Assembly (NCBI RefSeq): GCF_032444005.1
Contig: NC_091285.1
Location: 674,870,001 to 674,934,000, forward strand
Reading direction: 5' to 3'
Origin: Ranitomeya imitator
Taxonomy: Eukaryota
Length of the DNA stretch: 64,000 nucleotides
Positions 1-11,158 of this stretch are shown here, one piece after another. The translations under genes were made by a program, and so were the position numbers. Numbering within the stretch: the first letter of the stretch is position 1; the number at the start of each line of letters is the position of its first letter. The notes under the pieces were generated by a model. It saw only the letters and a program-made list of their open reading frames with translations. It did not search any database and was not told where the DNA came from.

Positions 1-1163
1 CTGTGCTGTATTATTATGGGGGGCATTGTGTCCCGCTCCCCTGTGCTGTATTATTATGGGGGGCATTGTGTCCCCGCTCCCCTGTGCTGTATTATTATGG
101 GGGGCATTGTGTCCCCGCTCCCCTGTGCTGTATTATTATAGGGGCATTGTGTCCCCGCTCCCCTGTGCTGTATTATTATGGGGGGCGTTGTGTCCCCGGC
201 CCCCTGTGCTGTATTATTATGGGGGGCGTTGTGTCCCCGGCCCCCTGTGCTGTATTATTATGGGGGGCGTTGTGTCCCCGCTCCCCTGTGCTGTATTATT
301 ATGGGGGGCATTGTGTCCCCGCTCCCCTGTGCTGTATTATTATGGGGGGCATTGTGTCCCCGCTCCCCTGTGCTGTATTATTATGGGGGGCGTTGTGTCC
401 CCGCTCCCCTGTGCTGTATTATTATGGGGGGCATTGTGTCCCCTCTCCCCTGCGCTGTATTATTATGGGGGGCATTGTGTCCCCGGCCCCCTGTGCTGTA
501 TTATTATGGGGGGCATTGTGTCCCCGCTCCCCTGTGCTGTATTATTATGGGGGGCATTGTGTCCCCGCTCCCCTGTGCTGTATTATTATGGGGGGCATTG
601 TGTCCCCGCTCCCCTGTGCTGTATTATTATGGGGGGCATTGTGTCCCCGGCCCCCTGTGCTGTATTATTATGGGGGGCATTGTGTCCCCGCTCCCCTGTG
701 CTGTATTATTATGGGGGGCGTTGTGTCCCCGCTCCCCTGTGCTGTATTATTATGGGGGGCGTTGTGTCCCCGGCCCCCTGTGCTGTATTATTATGGGGGG
801 CGTTGTGTCCCCGGCCCCCTGTGCTGTATTATTATGGGGGGCGTTGTGTCCCCGCTCCCCTGTGCTGTATTATTATGGGGGGCATTGTGTCCCCGCTCCC
901 CTGTGCTGTATTATTATGGGGGGCGTTGTGTCCCCGGCCCCCTGTGCTGTATTATTATGGGGGGCGTTGTGTCCCCGGCCCCCTGTGCTGTATTATTATG
1001 GGGGGCGTTGTGTCCCCGGCCCCCTGTGCTGTATTATTATGGGGGGCGTTGTGTCCCCGGCCCCCTGTGCTGTATTATTATGGGGGGCGTTGTGTCCCCG
1101 GCCCCCTGTGCTGTATTATTATGGGGGGCGTTGTGTCCCCGGCCCCCTGTGCTGTATTATTAT
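1..1163. repeat. Minisatellite, ~41-bp unit, truncated by the window edge
   Basis: GGGGGCATTGTGTCCCCGCTCCCCTGTGCTGTATTATTATG x ~28. Confidence 0.97.
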
Positions 1164-1519
1164 GGCAGCTGTCCGTCAACGATCAATGTTATTTCTCCCA
1201 CATCATCCAGCACAGCTGGCAGCCGCTCCTCTCCTGAAATCCTCTGTGCTGCTCCTTCCCTGCTCAGCATATGTCTGGTCAGCCGGGTACAGTGATGGTG
1301 CGGAGCCGGCACAGGAGCGGGATTCTCCACCTCTCCAAGAGCCGAGGAGCTGGCACTTGGCGCTGGTGACCCGTCTGCTGCGCTTTCTCCCGACAACTGA
1401 TGATGCTGCTGCTCCGGCTCTTCTCATTGGTTGTGCCAGTGTTTATTCCACTTATTCATAGATTTCACACAGGGCAAAACATTCCACACACGGCCTGATC
1501 ACCGACAATAGCCTGGAAA

Positions 1520-2985
1520 TGGGTGATCAGTGATTATACAGGAGGAGGAGGTGAGCTGTGACATCATCTATAGTGAATGGTGGATCCTGTGTTATCTACT
1601 GTATATAGAGGTGTTTTCAGTCATTGTACAGGAGGAGGAGGTGAGCTGTGATATCACCTATTGTGAATGGGGATCCTGTGTTATCTACTGTATATAGAGG
1701 TGTTATCAGTCATTGTACAGGAGGAGGAGGTGAGCTGTGACATCACCTATTGTGAATGATGGATCTTTGTTATCTACTGTATATAGAGGTGGTTTCAGTC
1801 ATTGTACAGGAGGAGGAGGTGAGCTGTGACATCACCTATTGTGAATGATGGATCTTTGTTATCTACTGCATATAGAGGTGTTTTCAGTCATTGTACAGGA
1901 GGAGGAGGTGAGCTGTGACATCACCTATTGTGAATGATGGATCTTTGTTATCTACTGTATATAGAGGTGGTTTCAGTCATTGTACAGGAGGAGGAGGTGA
2001 GCTGTGATATCACCTATTGTGAATGGTGGATCCTGTGTTATCTACTGTATATAGAGATGTTATCAGTCATTGTACAGGAGGAGGAGGTGAGCTGTGACAT
2101 CACCTATTGTGAATGGTGGATCCTGTTATCTACTGTATATAGAGGTGTTAGCAGTCATTGTACAGGAGGAGGAGGTGAGCTGTGACATCACATATTGTGA
2201 ATGGTGGATCCTGTTATCTACTGTATATAGAGGTGTTTTCAGTCATTGTACAGGAGGAGGAGGTGAGCTGTGATATCACCTATTGTGAATGGTGGATCCT
2301 GTTATCTACTGCATATAGAGGTGTTTTCAGTCATTGTACAGGAGGAGGAGGTGAGCTGTGACATCACCTATTGTGCATGATGGATCTTTGTTATCTACTG
2401 TATATAGAGGTGTTTTCAGTCATTGTACAGGAGGAGGAGGTGAGCTGTGATATCACCTATTGTGAATGGTGGATCCTGTTATCTACTGTATTTAGAGATG
2501 TTATCAGTCATTGTACAGGAGGAGGAGGTGAGCTGTGACATCACCTATTGTGAATTGTGGATCCTGTGTTATCTACTGCATATAGAGGTGTTTTCAGTCA
2601 TTGTACAGGAGGAGGAGGTGAGCTGTGACATCACCTATTGTGAATGATGGATCCTTTGTTATCTACTGTATTTAGAGGTGTTATCAGTCATTGTACAGGG
2701 GGAGGAGGTGAGCTGTGACCTCACCTATTGTGAATGGTGGATCCTGTGTTATCTACTGTATATAGAGGTGTTATCAGTCATTGTACAGGGGGAGGAGGTG
2801 AGCTGTGATATCACCTATTGTGAATGGTGGATCCTGTGTTATCTACTGTATATAGAGGTGTTATCAGTCATTGTACAGGAGGAGGAGGTGAGCTGTGATA
2901 TCACCTATTGTGAATGGTGGATCCTGTGTCATCTACTGTATATAGAGGTGTTATCAGTCACTGTACAGGAGGGAGAGGAGGTGAG
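1520..2985. repeat. Tandem repeat, 88-90-bp unit
   Basis: TACAGGAGGAGGAGGTGAGCTGTGACATCACCTATTGTGAATGGTGGATCCTGTGTTATCTACTGTATATAGAGGTGTTATCAGTCATTG x ~16. Confidence 0.97.
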
Positions 2986-5019
2986 ATGTGATTGGTGGGT
3001 TCTCACAGTTTTGATGACTGTTCTGTATTTTCCCTGTTATTCCTGACATTTGTGGCGATTTGCGGCTTTCTTGTTAATCGGACGTCGGACCCTCTGTGAC
3101 ATGAGATCAGGACAGATCTGCTTATTATATGGGGGACACCTGCAGTCGGAGGGTCCGATAATGAACGCCTGTGTGAATAGGATACTTTCTGCAGTTAGAG
3201 GGAGAGCAGCTTTGTCTGTAGAAAAACTTGATGACGGTATAGAGCTATTATCCCAGACACTGGGGGGGTCTTATTACCTCAGGCACCCCCTACTGATCAT
3301 ATAGGAGGGTTTTGGCTTTTTTCCTCACTTGCAGTACCACTTCTCACCTCTTCTCCGTGGAATAATTCCCATAGACGGTAACACAACAGCGCCCCCAATG
3401 TGAGGGGCATTTCTGACTGCTTCATTTTGGGATTTATCAGAAAGTGAGACTATTATGGGCCCCTGTTGCTGATAAACACCGTCATGGTGCTGTGGGCACC
3501 GCGTGGAGATGAGGCATCCAGCAGATAAGATCTGTGTGTGAGGCGAAGGTTCATGTCTGGGCAGTGTCTGCCGTTACCTCACAATGTGAGGAATGTGTCT
3601 CCATGGCGGCCGGTGTAACCCGCTCTACCCGCCGCCACCGGAATGGCCAGACGTCGCCCTGTGCGGTCCCACACTGACCCAGCAGGTATTTCCAGATTAG
3701 GGCTCGTACCCTCCACCGTTTTTCAGTCCTGAAAAGTGGGACAAGTGTCATATCATTTTCATGTGATCCGATTGCAGTGAATATGAGCTTTTCCATAGAG
3801 CAATTCCTCTGTCATCTACACATAGGCCCCGGGAATTCGATTCACTAACGTCAGCGCGAGCACCATGGGAAAAGTTATAACCTCGGGGATTGATGTCACC
3901 TGACAATACAAAGGTGACATCAACCCCCCCAACTATCACCCCACTTGCCACCGCTACAGGGCAGTGGGAAGAACGAGGCCAAGTGCCAGAATTGGCGCAT
4001 CTTAGAGATGCACCTTTTCTGGGGCAGCTGAGAGCTGATGTTTAGTCTGGGAAGGGCCCTAATCTCGGTTATTATTATTATACCTAGCCTTTGCTGGTAA
4101 TTACTTATAGGTAAAGTTTTTTTATGGGGGTCCCCCATTAAAGGCTAAGTATACAGGTGTGAGCTCATATTAATAGCCTGGGAAGCTCCATGAATATTAC
4201 CCCTTCCTAGGCTATAAACATCAGCCCCCAGCCATCGGCTTTCCCTCTGCTGGTTAAAAAAATGTTTTTTTAGACAATAATTTCTTCAGTAAGCTGCACT
4301 GCACTAATTATATATGTGACTGACATCTTTATATCTATCCTATGTGTATACATCTATTCTATTCTAACCTGTCAGTGTGATCTTACTGTATGCGGCACAT
4401 GAATTGCCGCTTTTCAAAGGACACCGGTGCATAAAAAACAGAGACATCCGCATGGTGCAAGTGCCACACGTTTTTTTTTTCTTGCACCCATTGACTTGCA
4501 TTGACGAGGACAATCACTTCACTATTTTTTTCAGTCCAATTTCAGATGAGAAATAAAATCTCAGTTGAGCCAGGACTCCGAGAATAACATTGGTCAGAGC
4601 GCAGATATCTGACTGCACTCGCCCGTTTTCCTCGCAGATGAATATGAGCCCATACAGCCATACTCGGCATCCCCATCAGAGCTCACAGAATGCCTGCAAT
4701 AGCGGCCATTGGAAGTGTCTGTGGAAATGTGAGAATTCAGGACAGGAAGTGTTGTCATAGGGAAGAGCCTGTCTCTGTAGTAATAATAGCCTGAGTGTGA
4801 GCGGAGACTGATCCAGGAGCAGATGTCTGGCGCGGATTTCAGTCCGGTGAGGGGTTAATAATCTCCGGGGGCTTCTTCTGCTCGGAACATAGAAAAGAAA
4901 ATGATGTTTTATATCCGGAGTTTATGATTTTCCACAAAACATTGACTGTGATGTGATCCAGGAGCGAAAACAGAAAGCTCCTGACAGCGTCCTGTGAGGG
5001 TCCGGGGATGGGGGATCTC

Positions 5020-6155
5020 GGGTGGTACTATGGGGGCGTCTTCATATCACTGCTGGGACTATGGGGGCGTCTTCATATCACTGCCGGGACTATGGGGGCG
5101 CCGTCATATCACTGCCGGGGCTATGGGGGCGCCGTCATATCACTGCTGGTACTATGGAGGCGCCGTCATATCACTGCCGGGGCTATGGGGGCGCCGTCAT
5201 ATCACTGCTAGTACTATGGGGGCGCCGTCATATCACTGCTGGTACTATGGGGGCGCCGTCATATCACTGCTAGGACTATGGGGGCGCCGTCATATCACTG
5301 CTAGTACTATGGGGGCGCCTTCATATCACTGCTGGTACTATGGGGGCGCTGTCATATCACTGCCGGGGCTATGGGGGCGCCGTCATATCACTGTCGGGAT
5401 TATGAGGGCGCCTTCATATCACTGCCGGGGCTATGGGGGCGCCGTCATATCACTGCCGGGGCTATGGGGGCGCCGTCATATCACTGCTAGTACTATGGGG
5501 GCGCCGTCATATCACTGCTGGGACTATGGGGGCGCCGTCATATCACTGCCGGGGCTATGGGGGCGCCGTCATATCACTGCTAGTACTATGGGGGCGCCGT
5601 CATATCACTGCCGGGGCTATGGGGGCGCCGTCATATCACTGCTGGGACTATGGGGGCGCTGTCATATCACTGCCGGGGCTATGGGGGCGCCGTCATATCA
5701 CTGTCGGGATTATGAGGGCACCTTCATATCACTGCCGGGGCTATGGGGGCGCCGTCATGTCACTGCCGGGACTATGGGGGCGCCGTCATATCACTGCCGG
5801 GGCTATGGGGGCGCCGTCATATCACTGCCGGGGCTATGGGGGCGCCGTCATATCACTGCCGGGGCTATGGGGGCGCCGTCATATCACTGCCGGGGCTATG
5901 GGGGCGCCGTCATATCACTGCTAGTACTATGGGGGCGCCGTCATATCACTGCTGGGACTATGGGGGCGCCGTCATATCACTGCCGGGGCTATGGGGGCGC
6001 CGTCATATCACTGCTAGTACTATGGGGGCGCCGTCATATCACTGCCGGGGCTATGGGGGCGCCGTCATATCACTGCTGGGACTATGGGGGCGCTGTCATA
6101 TCACTGCCGGGGCTATGGGGACGCTGTCATATCACTGCCGGGTCTATGGGGGCGC
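5020..6155. repeat. Minisatellite, 31-bp unit
   Basis: GGCTATGGGGGCGCCGTCATATCACTGCCGG x ~36. Confidence 0.97.
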
Positions 6156-6369
6156 TGTCAGGGCGATGAGGAAAAACTCTTTTGGGAGAGTGGAGGGTAA
6201 TCTGGTGCTACTGCTGAGGGCTTCATAATGGCTCCCTGGTGTCACTGTGGAGTTTACACTGTAGACAATATTCGGGTCTCTCTGATGACACTGTTGATGG
6301 TACGCGATTGACAGTACTAGAGACCTCTGATGAGCCCTTACAGGGTGCCATATTTACTTTATTAAAGAC

Positions 6370-7705
6370 ACAGTTGAGGGCAGTAATGACCTCTTTTGAG
6401 GCCCTCTGTTGGCAGTGTTGAGGGCAGTAATGGCATCTTTTGAGGCCCTCTGTTGGCAGTGTTGAGGGCAGTAATGGCATTGAGGCCCTCTGTTGGCAGT
6501 GTTGAGGGCAGTAATGGCATTGAGGCCCTCTGTTGGCAGTGTTGAGGGCAGTAATGACACCTTTGAGGCCCTCTGTTGGCAGTGTTGAGGGCAGTAATGG
6601 CATCTTTTGAGGCCCTCTGTTGGCAGTGTTGAGGGCAGTAATGGCATTGAGGCCCTCTGTTGGCAGTGTTGAGGGCAGTAATGGCATTGAGGCCCTCTGT
6701 TGGCAGTGTTGAGGGCAGTAATGACATCTTTTGAGGCCCTCTGTTGGCAGTGTTGAGGGCAGTAATGGCATCTTTTGAGGCCCTCTGTTGGCAGTGTTGA
6801 GGGCAGTAATGGCATCTTTTGAGGCCCTCTGTTGGCAGTGTTGAGGGCAGTAATGGCATTGAGGCCCTCTGGTGGCAGTGTTGAGGGCAGTAATGGCATT
6901 GAGGCCCTCTGTTGGCAGTGTTGAGGGCAGTAATGGCATTGAGGCCCTCTGTTGGCAGTGTTGAGGGCAGTAATGACATCTTTTGAGGCCCTCTGTTGGC
7001 AGTGTTGAGGGCAGTAATGGCATCTTTTGAGGCCCTCTGTTGGCAGTGTTGAGGGCAGTAATGGCATTGAGGCCCTCTGTTGGCAGTGTTGAGGGCAGTA
7101 ATGACACCTTTGAGGCCCTCTGTTGGCAGTGTTGAGGGCAGTAATGACACCTTTGAGGCCCTCTGGTGGCAGTGTTGAGGGCAGTAATGACATCTTTTGA
7201 GGCCCTCTGGTGGCAGTGTTGAGGGCAGTAATGGCATCTTTTGAGGCCTTCTGGTGGCAGTGTTGAGGGCAGTAATGACACCTTTGAGGCCCTCTGTTGG
7301 CAGTGTTGAGGGCAGTAATGACACCTTTGAGGCCCTCTGGTGGCAGTGTTGAGGGCAGTAATGACATCTTTTGAGGCCCTCTGTTGGCAGTGTTGAGGGC
7401 AGTAATGACACCTTTGAGGCCCTCTGGTGGCAGTGTTGAGGGCAGTAATGGCATCTTTTGAGGCCCTCTGTTGGCAGTGTTGAGGGCAGTAATGACACCT
7501 TTGAGGCCCTCTGTTGGCAGTGTTGAGGGCAGTAATGACATTGAGGCCCTCTGTTGGCAGTGTTGAGGGCAGTAATGACACCTTTGAGGCCCTCTGATGG
7601 CAGTGTTGAGGGCAGTAATGGCATCTTTTGAGGCCCTCTGGTGGCACAGTTGAGGGCAGTAATGGCATCTTTTGAGGCCTTCTGGTGGCCCTGTTGAGGG
7701 CAGTT
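6370..7705. repeat. Minisatellite, 40-44-bp unit
   Basis: GGCAGTGTTGAGGGCAGTAATGGCAT(CTTT)TGAGGCCCTCTGTT x ~31. Confidence 0.97.
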
Positions 7706-8249
7706 TGTTGGACACTGAGACCTACCATAGTTGATACATATATAGAGAATGTTAAACAGCCACAGATAAGGTTTCTGTCTCGCTCTCAACATCTAGAATC
7801 CCACCAGTTTGCTATGACATTTTAGAAGACCCCTTTAAAGAGTCATTGATTTCTTGAATTTTGAAGATATCTGTTCCTGACTTATTAGGCCTCATCAGGG
7901 TAAGGTCTTATGTAGAACCATCATAGAGTAAGTGGGACGTCAATGTTGGTCTAATAACTGACATTCTCTGTGGGTATATGGGCGCCAGGGGAATAAAGAA
8001 CGTGTCCTGATTAGCCAAGAGGAATACCGCCATCATCTCATGCTTTACAAGGCGGATACGATTGAGGGGCTAGATAATGAAAGCCTTACATCTGGTTGGT
8101 GTTCTGGGTCACTAGGTGGATCAGAGTCTTTGGTGTGGTGAGATTCAACAGAGCAGGATAACCCAAGCAGCATATGGAACAGCAGAGCTGAATTCTCAGG
8201 TCTGCACATATGGCAGAGTGGAATAGTGAAGCTGGAAATGCAGGATGTC

Positions 8250-9175
8250 ACTTTGATGCAGTTGAGCCGAGTATGTGATCTGCACTTGTAACAGCAGAGA
8301 ATGGATTGCAGACAGGCACTTTGTTACAGCAGAACCGAGTGTGCAGATGGCAGCTTGGAACAGCAGAGCTGGATATGCAGACAGGCACCTTCATACAGCA
8401 GATCTGAGTCTGTAAATAGAACCGTGGAACAGCAGAGCCATGTATGCAGACAGGCTCCTTAATTCTGCAGAGCTGAAAATGCAGACAGCACACTGGAACA
8501 GCAGAGCCAAGTATGTGATCTGGTACCTTGTAAAAGAAGAGAAAGTGAAGCAGGCAAGCAATCGTTTACAGTATAACCGAGTGGTGTACAGACAGCAGAT
8601 TGGAACAGCAAAGCTGGGTATGCAGATAGGCACCTTAGTACAGCAGCTTCACAGGGGAGCAGAGCACATTGGAACAGCAGAGCTGGGTATGCAAATAGGC
8701 ACCTTAGTACGGCAGCTCCAGAGGGGAGCAGAGAGCACATTGGAACAGCAGAGCTGGGTATGCAAATAGGCACCTTAGTACAGCAGCTCTAGAGGGAAGC
8801 AGAGAGCACATTGGAACAGCAGAGCTTGGTATGCAAATAGGCACCTTAGTACAGCAGCTCCACAGGGGAGCAGAGAGCACATTGGAACTGCAGGGCCTGG
8901 TATACATATAGGCAACTTTACAGCAAAGCTAAGTTCGTGGACAGCACCTTGGAAGAGCAGAGTTGGATATGCAGAGAGACATTTTGTTACAGCAGAGCTA
9001 AGTGTGTGAACATAACCGTGGAAGAGCAGAGTTGGGTATGAAAATGGGAACCTTGTTACAGCAGAGCTAAGTGTGCGGATAGCACCTTGGAAAAGAAGAG
9101 CTAGGGATGCAGACATGCCCCTTGTTACAGCACAAACAAGTGTGCTGATAGAACCTTGGAACAGCACAGCTCTGA
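8250..9175. repeat. Diverged ~60-bp tandem repeat
   Basis: Recurring TTGGAACAGCAGAGCTGGGTATGCAGATAGGCACCTT. Confidence 0.85.
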
Positions 9176-9235
9176 TTGTTGAATGGAACTTGGAATAGAT
9201 TAGTCCAGCGGCTAGGTATCAGCGAGGATGACCAA

Positions 9236-9612
9236 CTACCTTAAGAGGCCTAGGAAAGTAACATCTGAGGAACATTCTGGGTTAAATTGGTAACCTGACG
9301 TGTGCAATGACAAAGGGAGCTGGACACTGGTGAAGGCAGGTGCATGGTCCGGCCCTGGAGCCAGGACAGATGGGTAACAGTTTACACTATGGCAGATCAT
9401 TGGGTAGCCGGGTCTGATTTCAATCACGATCCTCCCGAGTCAGTGTGTCTACCCCATCTCGTGTGGACTTTCTCTACTTTCCGAAAACAACCCTTGTGGG
9501 GGTCTCTTTCTACTCGGCTCATGAAAGATTCCAGCTGAGAAGTCTTGTGGCCATTGGGAGATTCAGAGATGGACGACATCCGCTCATAGTTGAGATCCGG
9601 AATGTGATCCAA
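9236..9612 (-). mobile_element. Possible decayed L1-type endonuclease fragment
   Basis: Translation YPSVLAPGPDHAPAFTSVQLPL...YQFNPECSSD loosely resembles the L1 APE end motif (SDH.P...W.FN..L.D); broken frames. Confidence 0.3.
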
Positions 9613-11019
9613 CTATGGATTTACAGTTGTCCTACAAGACATGGGGTTAAGAATGAAGGATGGCGCCATTCATAATCCGGAAGCTTCCTCTGTGTTTACA
9701 CCCTGAGATGTTACATGAGACATCTGCTCCTGGACTTACGACATCAGGCAGCTGTGCACAACTGGGACTCGGAACCATCGGCAACATCTACAAACCCTAC
9801 TTTTTAGACCAGTCCCATGACAATAAGTTGATCAGAAAGTGTTTTCCGTTCTGAGACGTCAAGCGAGCAGCTGCAATCTGTAAGTAACACTAGCAGTAAG
9901 TGTTCAATTTCCCTGCAGCGCCTCCACAGGAGAAATGAAGCATTGCACTCTGTCCATTCACATCAATAAGCCGTCTTTATACTCCATCGTAGGACAGGTC
10001 CTCCAGAGAGGGACATGTACTCTATGTAATCTCACCCTACTTGTTCCTTTTTGTAGGGTTCATTCATTTTCGCAACCTGTTGACTTTCTTGGAGACCACC
10101 ATAGCTAAACTAAAAAAAAAATGCTCCAACCTAGGGGTGAAATATCCTACAGACTGGTCCTCTTTACAAATATTCAGGGGGAGATGGGATAAAATATGGG
10201 TGGATTGGCCAAATTTACAGACCCCCCCAACTAATTATGAAAAAAGTGGAAAGTGCCTTTTAAAAATGTACGATTTTGTTTGTGAAGGCGTGTGTCCGAT
10301 TATTATTGTCTCTTTGGGAATTTCCGTGACTCATAGAGAATTCTGCAGGGACTTATTGTTATCATTTAACTGGTGGAGCGATGGGTTAATCATTAACCAT
10401 ACCAAGGGGAAAATTTAAGGTCTGGACTCTGCAATGTTTTAACATGTGGAGGAATGTGTGCACCGACACCGCGCCTTAAATCATCCGTAAGAGCGACAGA
10501 TGGAGAACGGCAAACATTCCCTAACACGAGGGGGCGATGTTACAAAAAGTGACCACATTTATCACACCGTTTTCCATTATCGCAAAAGGCCCAAACTTGG
10601 TCAAGTGTGTCCATGGTCCTACAGGTAACGCTGGGACTGTATTACTACTGGTGCACACTGGTTCACAGTCTTGGGTGAGCAGGTAGAATACAAAAGTCCT
10701 ACTAGTACACAGTCCTGCCATCACTCACTTTGCCAGTCCTACCAGTTCACACCTTCCCAGTCTTACTGGTGCAGTCAGTCCTGTAACATTTTGACAGTGT
10801 GTCACCACCTCTTATAAGCTATTGATGGATAATTTCCTGTCCTACAAGTGGACCTTGACTGGTTCTTGGACCTTAACGGTCCAACGGGTGAAAATCAAAA
10901 TAGGACTTGTGGCCCAAAATCAGGACTTTATGGCTGATCTGTAACTGGGGAGATAGTAGAGAGCAGGACGCTCGGATTGACTGCATCATTCTGACTGACT
11001 GTCTCTCATCTCTTCTCAG

Positions 11020-11158
11020 GTGCCTCACAAGGAGGCAATAACTGGAAATATTGTCAGGACTGTGGAAGATTACTCAAGGATGCAAATATGGATGATCAAT
11101 TTTACCAAACTCTGGTTCAAAATGCCAAATATGAAGAATGTCCTCACAATATTGTCAG
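11020..11158 (+). CDS. cxcl16: cxcl16-like exon: N-terminal chemokine domain with CX2C motif (139 nt, phase 1 to 2)
   Basis: tcatctcttctcag|GT GCC...ATT GTC AG|gtaaga; open frame with Cys codons at 11052, 11061 and 11139. Confidence 0.82.

Noticed and set aside
1168-1295. Possible GPI-anchor-like terminal exon (CPSTINVISPTSS...SLLSICLVSRVQ*)
   Set aside because: The acceptor has no pyrimidine tract, there is no plus-strand poly(A) signal, and no family is recognised.
3-1461. 400+ aa Cys/Gly/Tyr-rich ORFs at the window start
   Set aside because: All three frames are open only because the 41-bp unit lacks stops; this is a repeat artefact.
4994-7792. Long ORFs (391-501 aa) with CxxC/His-rich periodic motifs
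   Set aside because: They are translations of the 31-bp and 40-44-bp minisatellites, not zinc fingers.
9880-9886. Strong GTAAGT donor upstream of the chemokine exon
   Set aside because: There is an in-frame stop just upstream, no leader peptide, and it appears to belong to a short dispersed repeat.
10521-10724. PVGPWTHL segment reminiscent of a retroviral integrase
   Set aside because: The match is too short and lacks DDE residues; unsupported without a search.
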